Positions 58,540 through 64,000 of a DNA stretch of 64,000 nucleotides are shown in pieces. Source of the DNA: an uncultured Planctomycetota bacterium. GTDB lineage: Bacteria; Planctomycetota; Planctomycetia; Isosphaerales; Isosphaeraceae. The stretch is taken from contig CAWJTV010000025.1 in NCBI GenBank assembly GCA_963845755.1, positions 128,001 through 192,000 of the forward strand. Reading direction: 5' to 3'. Under the pieces are notes generated by a model, which ran no database searches, was not told the origin of the DNA, and saw only the letters and a program-made list of their open reading frames with translations. Position numbers and translations under genes: made by a program. Every line of letters starts with the position of its first letter. Position 1 is the first letter of the stretch.

Positions 58540-61500
58540 TTATTTCCCCTTCGATGCGATCTCGTTCAACGTGGCCATCACCTCGCTGATGACGACCGGG
58601 GCGACCTCGCGGAGCGGGACACGGATCTCGTGCTTGGGATACCAGTCCGTCGGGACGTAGATCCCCGGTACGAAGCAACACCAACTCACTTCCTGGTCCT
58701 TCCAGCCTTCCTTGTAGCCGATCGGCAAGCCGTCGTACCGGATCACGGCCGTGACGTTCGCTCCCTCGAACGGCTTGGAGTGCTCATCGAACCAACCGCC
58801 CTCCGCGGGCATGCCACGAGTCCAGCCGTTCCGCTCGAGGATGCCGACGAGGGTCAGCGCCGGGACCTTGATCCCTTTATACCGCAAGACCTCCGTGGCA
58901 TTACGCTCCTCGGGCTCGAGTCCATGCACCGTGCGCCCGAGCTGCGGGAACGGCGGGATGATCTCATAATCGCCGAAGATCTCGCCCCAGGCCGAGCGAT
59001 GTTCGTCGGTCAGGTGCAGGGGGTGGACGATACCAACCTTGGCGATCCCGTCCAGCCGATAGCTCGCTTCCTTCACGTCGGCGTAGTCGCGCTCCTCGGA
59101 GACGCGGAAGGTCGAGACGAGGCGGCCCTTCTCATCATAGCCGCCCCAGAGAAGAAGTCGGACGAGGTTGATCATCAGAGGATGCCGGACTAGCAGGGAT
59201 TCGAAGTCGGCCGGGCTCCAGCGTCGTCCGGTGACCATGGCCTGCTCCAGCCGCTCGGCCTGAACCTTGGCCACCTCGCGCACCTGCTTCTTGAGCTGCT
59301 TCCAGCCCTCGACGGCGGCAGCGGCCCTGGCCGCGTCGTCCTTGGTGCCGGGCTTGGGCAGGTCGTCCTTGAGCTTACCGGCCTCATCGCGGACCATCGG
59401 CTTCAGCTCCGCTCCGAGGGCAAACCGGAACTGGCGTGGACCGAAGTCGAAGACGCGGCTGCCGCGCTCGTCGAGTTCACAATCGGGGACGACGCGATCC
59501 TCCAGCTCGGCGCGGGAGAGGCCGCGATCCTGGGCGATCGCCTCCATCATCTCGGCGGCCTTGGCCTTGAGCCCTTTGAACGGCAGCTTCTGCGCGATCC
59601 CGCTGAGCTGCATCAATGCGGCGTCGGACCCGATCGCCCGCAGGCACTCCAGCCCGAATACGGCGCGCGGATGCTGGCTCGCACCCGGCCAGACGCGGAT
59701 CATCGGCGCCAGCTTCAAGGCCGCGGTGTCGGAGCCGAGCAGGCCGACGGCGCCCATGGCCCACTTCTCTTTCGGCGGCGTGCCTTCGAGCAGCCATCGC
59801 TCGAACAAGGCCCAGGCGAAGGCGTCGAGCGATCGGCGATCGGCATGGGCCTTCAACGCGGCCACGAGCGGCTGGGGTAAATCGAGTGTGCTCCTGGCGA
59901 GAGCGGCCAGCACGGCCCGGGTCTGCCCCGCGTCGAGCTTCCGTCCGTCGACGACGATCGGCGGCAAGTGCTCCGGCCCGACCCAGCGGGGCGGCTCGAC
60001 CTTCGTCGGGCCGTCCAGCGCCGATCGCAGCCAGCTCGGAGTGGTCTGGTCGTCCAGTACGGGGAGGGCTTCCTCGCCGCGCTCGATGACCTCGCGCCGG
60101 CCCCCTTCCGCAATCTTGGGGGAAGCCGATCCGGGCGCCTGCGGTAGGATCCCTCCTCCTCCTTTCGCTCCTGGGAGCGGAGGTAGTCGCGGGCGGCGTC
60201 GGCCAGCTTGCCCTTGCCCTCCGCGACGGGGATGAGGGCCGGGATGGCGTGGCTGGGGTTTTCGTCGAGCCAGCGGCGGGCGACCGCGGGCGCCTTCGAG
60301 GACATCAGCAACTCGAGCATGAGCGGCGCGGCCTTGGGCGATTTGACCAGCGCCAGGACCTTGAGGGCGGCTGCGCACTCGACCTTGTCCGTCAGGGTGC
60401 GGATGCCGTCGCGGACGTAATCGAGTGCGGAGTCCTCGGTGTGGGCCAGCCAGCCGCGGATGTGGTCGGTCGTGGTGAGGACCAGCCCGAGCCGCCGCAT
60501 CTCCAATTGGACCGACCGCGGGTCGCCGAGCCCCAAGACGAGGAGCTGCGGGCGCTGAGGATCATCGCGATCCTTATCGTCATCGCTGCGATAACGATCG
60601 TTGGGGATGCTGCCGACGATGCGAGCGGTCTGCTCGTGAAGCCCGAGCGCGGCGCCGAGGTGGACCCTGAACGGGAACGGTGCCAGGTGGTTCGGCGGGA
60701 GCCAGGACATTTCGGGCATCGTCTCGAGGTCGTGCCGCAGGCCGCCGTACTCCTCGTCCGTGAGATACGGCAAGACACACAAACGAAACCCATCGAGGAA
60801 GGCGTAGCCGAGCGCAACGCGCGTGTTCCGATCCAGGTTCTGCGATTCCCGCGCCAGCGTGATCCAATCACGGAGGGAGAAGAGATTGACCAGGACCGCG
60901 CGGAAAAGGTTGGGGACATCGCTCGCAGCGGCGATCTGCTTGACGGCATCCTCGAGTGCGATGGACTTGCCGAACTCGCCACGCCGTTCCCGCAGAGTTG
61001 TCCTGGCGAACTTCACCGGACTGATCTTCTGGCTGCTGGCTTCCGTAAGGGCCACAAACCAGAAATGGGCCTCCTCGTACGTCATGATGCAAGGGATCCG
61101 GAGCCGATTCCATTTCCAATTCCAGGGCCAGTTGTTCCCCGTGGGCCCGGGCGAATTCGGCGCCAGATCCATGAATCGCCCCAGGCACTCCTCGAAGTCA
61201 AAGGGTGTCGGCTCGGGCCGCGGCAGGGGCACGCGCGGCCGCCAGGTTGCCCAGAACCAGTCCTCGGGCTCGAGGTCGATCGCACAAGGTATCGCGACGG
61301 GTTCCGGCGTGGTGCCGGCGTCCGCTTGGGCATTGGGTGCGATCGCCTTCGCGCTCGCCGGATTGGGTGCGGTCGTGTCCGAGGACGACGGCTCCATCGC
61401 GTACGTCGCCCGTGGTCTCCACGTAGCCCTTCTTGAGCTTCTCGGCAATCAGTTTGTCATGCGAGGCCTTCGCCTCGATTGCAGTCGCGAAATCCTTGCG

Positions 61501-61620
61501 CTGTTTTTGACCTGACGTGCCGATCCGACCGAACTCGACCGTGTGCGCCGTATCGTCGAGATCGATCGACCAGAACTTCCGCGATGTGCCCTCGATGAGA
61601 TGGAACTCGCGCCGACTCAT
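58540..61620 (-). CDS. WGR + DUF4132 domain protein, YehF/YehI-like (frameshifts ~61420, ~60160-60110)
   Basis: N-terminal WGR ([21 protein letters not shown]). C-terminal LEDRVVP, RLEQAM..GRRW, HPL and PFPQLGR. Confidence 0.82.
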
Positions 61621-61731
61621 GTTCAGCCTCTGTGACGTCGAGAGATGACGATTCGGGATGCCTGAACACCCAACACAGAGTAACGCGACGAAGACAAGCT
61701 GGGAAGCGGCTGGTGCCTCCGGCCGGGCACA

Positions 61732-64000
61732 TCATTTCCCCTTCGAAGCCAGCACGCCCAGCGTCCCCAGCACCTCACTGATAACCACCGGATCCACGGC
61801 GCCCAGCGCGCAGGACCTCCCGATGCCCGCGGTAGCTCTCCGGCACATAGATTCCCGGAACGAAGAAGCATTTCACCAATTTTTGATCGTCCCAATCGAG
61901 CATGTAACCGACCGGGATGCCGGGGTACTGGATCACGGCCGTCACGTTGGCACCCACGAACGGCTTGGAGTGCTCGGAGAAGATCCCGGCGTCCTCCGGA
62001 ATGCCACGGTTCCAGCCGTGGCGCTCGAGGATGCCCACCAACGTCACCGCCGGCACCTCGATCGTCCGACCCTTCACCAGGTCCTTGTCCGTCTCCTGGC
62101 CGGGCTCGAGCCGGTGCACCGTGCGGCCGAGCTGCGGGAACGGCGGGATGATCTCGTAATCGCCGAAGATCTCGCCCCAGGCCGAGCGCTGCTCGTCGGT
62201 CAGGTGCAACGGGTGGACGATCCCCACCCCGGCGATCCCGTCCAGCCGATAGCGCGATTCCTCGACGTCGGCGTAGTCCCGCTCTTCGGTGACCCGAAAC
62301 GTGGAGACGAGTTGTCCCTTCTCGTCGTAACCGCCCCAGAGCACGAGCCGGACGAGGTTGATCATCAGGGGGTGTCGGACGAGCAGGGATTCGAAGTCGG
62401 CCGGATTCCAGCGACGGCCCGTGACCATCGCCTGCTCCAGCCGCTCGGCCTGAATCTTGGCCACCTCGCGGACCTGCTTCTTGAGCCGCTTCCAGTCCTC
62501 GACCGCGGCGGCGCCCTTGGTCGCATCATCCTTGACGCCGGGCTTGGGCAGGTCGTCCTTGAGCTTGCCGGCCCCGTCGCGGATCATCGGCTTCATCTCG
62601 TTCCCGAGGACGAACCGGAACTGCCGCGGCCCGAAGTCGAAGAGCCGGCCCCCGCGCTCGTCCAGCTCGCAGTCGGGGACGATCCGGTCCTCCAGCTCGG
62701 TGCGGGAGAGGCCGCGGTCCTTGGCGATCGCCCCCATCATCGCGGCGGCCCTGGACTTGAGCCCCTTGAACGGTAGCTTCTGGGCGATGCCGCTGAGCTG
62801 CATCAGCGCAACGTCGGAGCCGATCGCACGCAGGCATTCCAGGCCGAAGATGGCGCGTTGGTGCTGGCTCTCGCCGGGCCAGGCCCGGACCTTGGTAGTC
62901 AATTTCAGGGCGGCTCCGTCGGACCCGAGCAGCCCCAGAGCGCCCATGGCCCATTTCTGCTTCGAGGGCGTGCCTTCGGCCAGCCATCGCTCGAAGAGGG
63001 CCCAGGCGAAGGCGTCGAGCGACCGGCGGTCGGCATTGGCCCGGATGGCGGCCACGAGGGGATGCGGAGCGCCGAGCGTGCTCTTGCCCAGCGCACCGAG
63101 CAGCCGATCGACCTGCGGCTCGCTCAGCGCGCGGTCGCCGACGAGGATCGTGGGCAGCTCGCCCGGCCCGACCCATGAGGGGCCGGAGAGCTTCGCCGCG
63201 CCGTCGAGGGCCGACCGCAGCCATTCAGGGGTCGTCTCCGGATCAAAGGCCGGGATGAAGACCTCGGCGCGATCCAGCACCTCGCGGCGGACCTTCTCGG
63301 CCACGTCGGGCGGAGCGGACGCGAGACAGTCGCGGAGGAACGCCTCATGGCCTCGCCGCTTCTGATCGCGGAGGTATTCCATGGCGGCATCGGCCAGCTT
63401 TCCCTTGCCGGCGGCGATGGGGATCAGGCTGGTGACGGCGTGTCCGACCCGGACCTCGAGCCAGTCGCGTGCCGGCCTGGGGGCCTTCGAGGCCAGCATC
63501 AGCTCGAGCATCGGCGCAGCGGTCCGGGGCGAGACGACCCTCGCGAGAACCTCGATGAGGGCCGCGCAATCCTCCTTCTTGTTGATGGTCAGAATACTGT
63601 CCCGGACATCATCGAGCGCCGAGTCCTCGGTGTGCGCGATCCAGCCCCGGATGTCATCGGGAGTAATCAGGGTCAGCTTCAACCGCCGCATTTCCGACAC
63701 GACCGATTGCGGGTCGCCAAGCCCGAAAACGAGTCGCTGTGGGCGCTGCATGTCGTCCCGGCATACGCCGACATAGTGGTGGTCCGGAATGCTCCGGAGG
63801 AGGCGCCCGACCTCCGTGTGAAGGCCGAGCAAGGCCGCCAGATAAGACCCGAAAGGAAAGGGGGTGGAACAGCTCGGTGGAAGCGCGGGGGTGCCGAGCC
63901 TCGCCCGCAGGTCGTCCTGCATAGCCGGATACTCCGCCTCGGAGAGATAGGGCAAGACCCGTCGCCGGAAGCCGTCGAGCACCGCGTTCTCGATGGCGAG
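61732..64000 (-). CDS. Second DUF4132 domain protein, 5' end outside the window (frameshift ~61810)
   Basis: Paralogous to 58540-61620; ends ...VDPVVISEVLGTLGVLASKGK*. Confidence 0.82.

Overview
GC-rich planctomycete DNA, probably Isosphaeraceae-like. The markers are DUF1559, DUF1501, DUF1549/DUF1553, a PVC-type CxxCH protein, an LExRxLL leader and an ECF sigma/Ser-Thr kinase pair. Many genes carry single-base frameshifts, which looks like long-read assembly error, so several CDS calls are stitched across frames. Left to right: a partial IS4-family transposase; two amidohydrolases; and a restriction-like defence locus (SNF2-DUF3883 helicase, DUF1016 remnant, DUF1156 methyltransferase, Swt1-HEPN/DUF499 ATPase). 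That locus has been invaded by a RAYT transposase with REP clusters and by a 230-bp IS4-type MITE with an 11-bp target duplication inside the methylase. Next come a secreted TPR protein with a duplicated unknown domain; esterases; DUF1501/DUF1553 genes and a CotH-dehydrogenase-cytochrome fusion; an arylsulfotransferase; a DUF4038 protein; a toxin-antitoxin pair; an ECF sigma/kinase pair bracketed by two related miniature elements; metabolic genes; and a cryptic PIN-toxin/immunity-like cassette. The window ends in a yeh-like WGR/DUF4132-MoxR-DUF5682-vWA-SWIM operon. I saw no rRNA, tRNA or CRISPR array. Family names come from recognised motifs, not from database searches.
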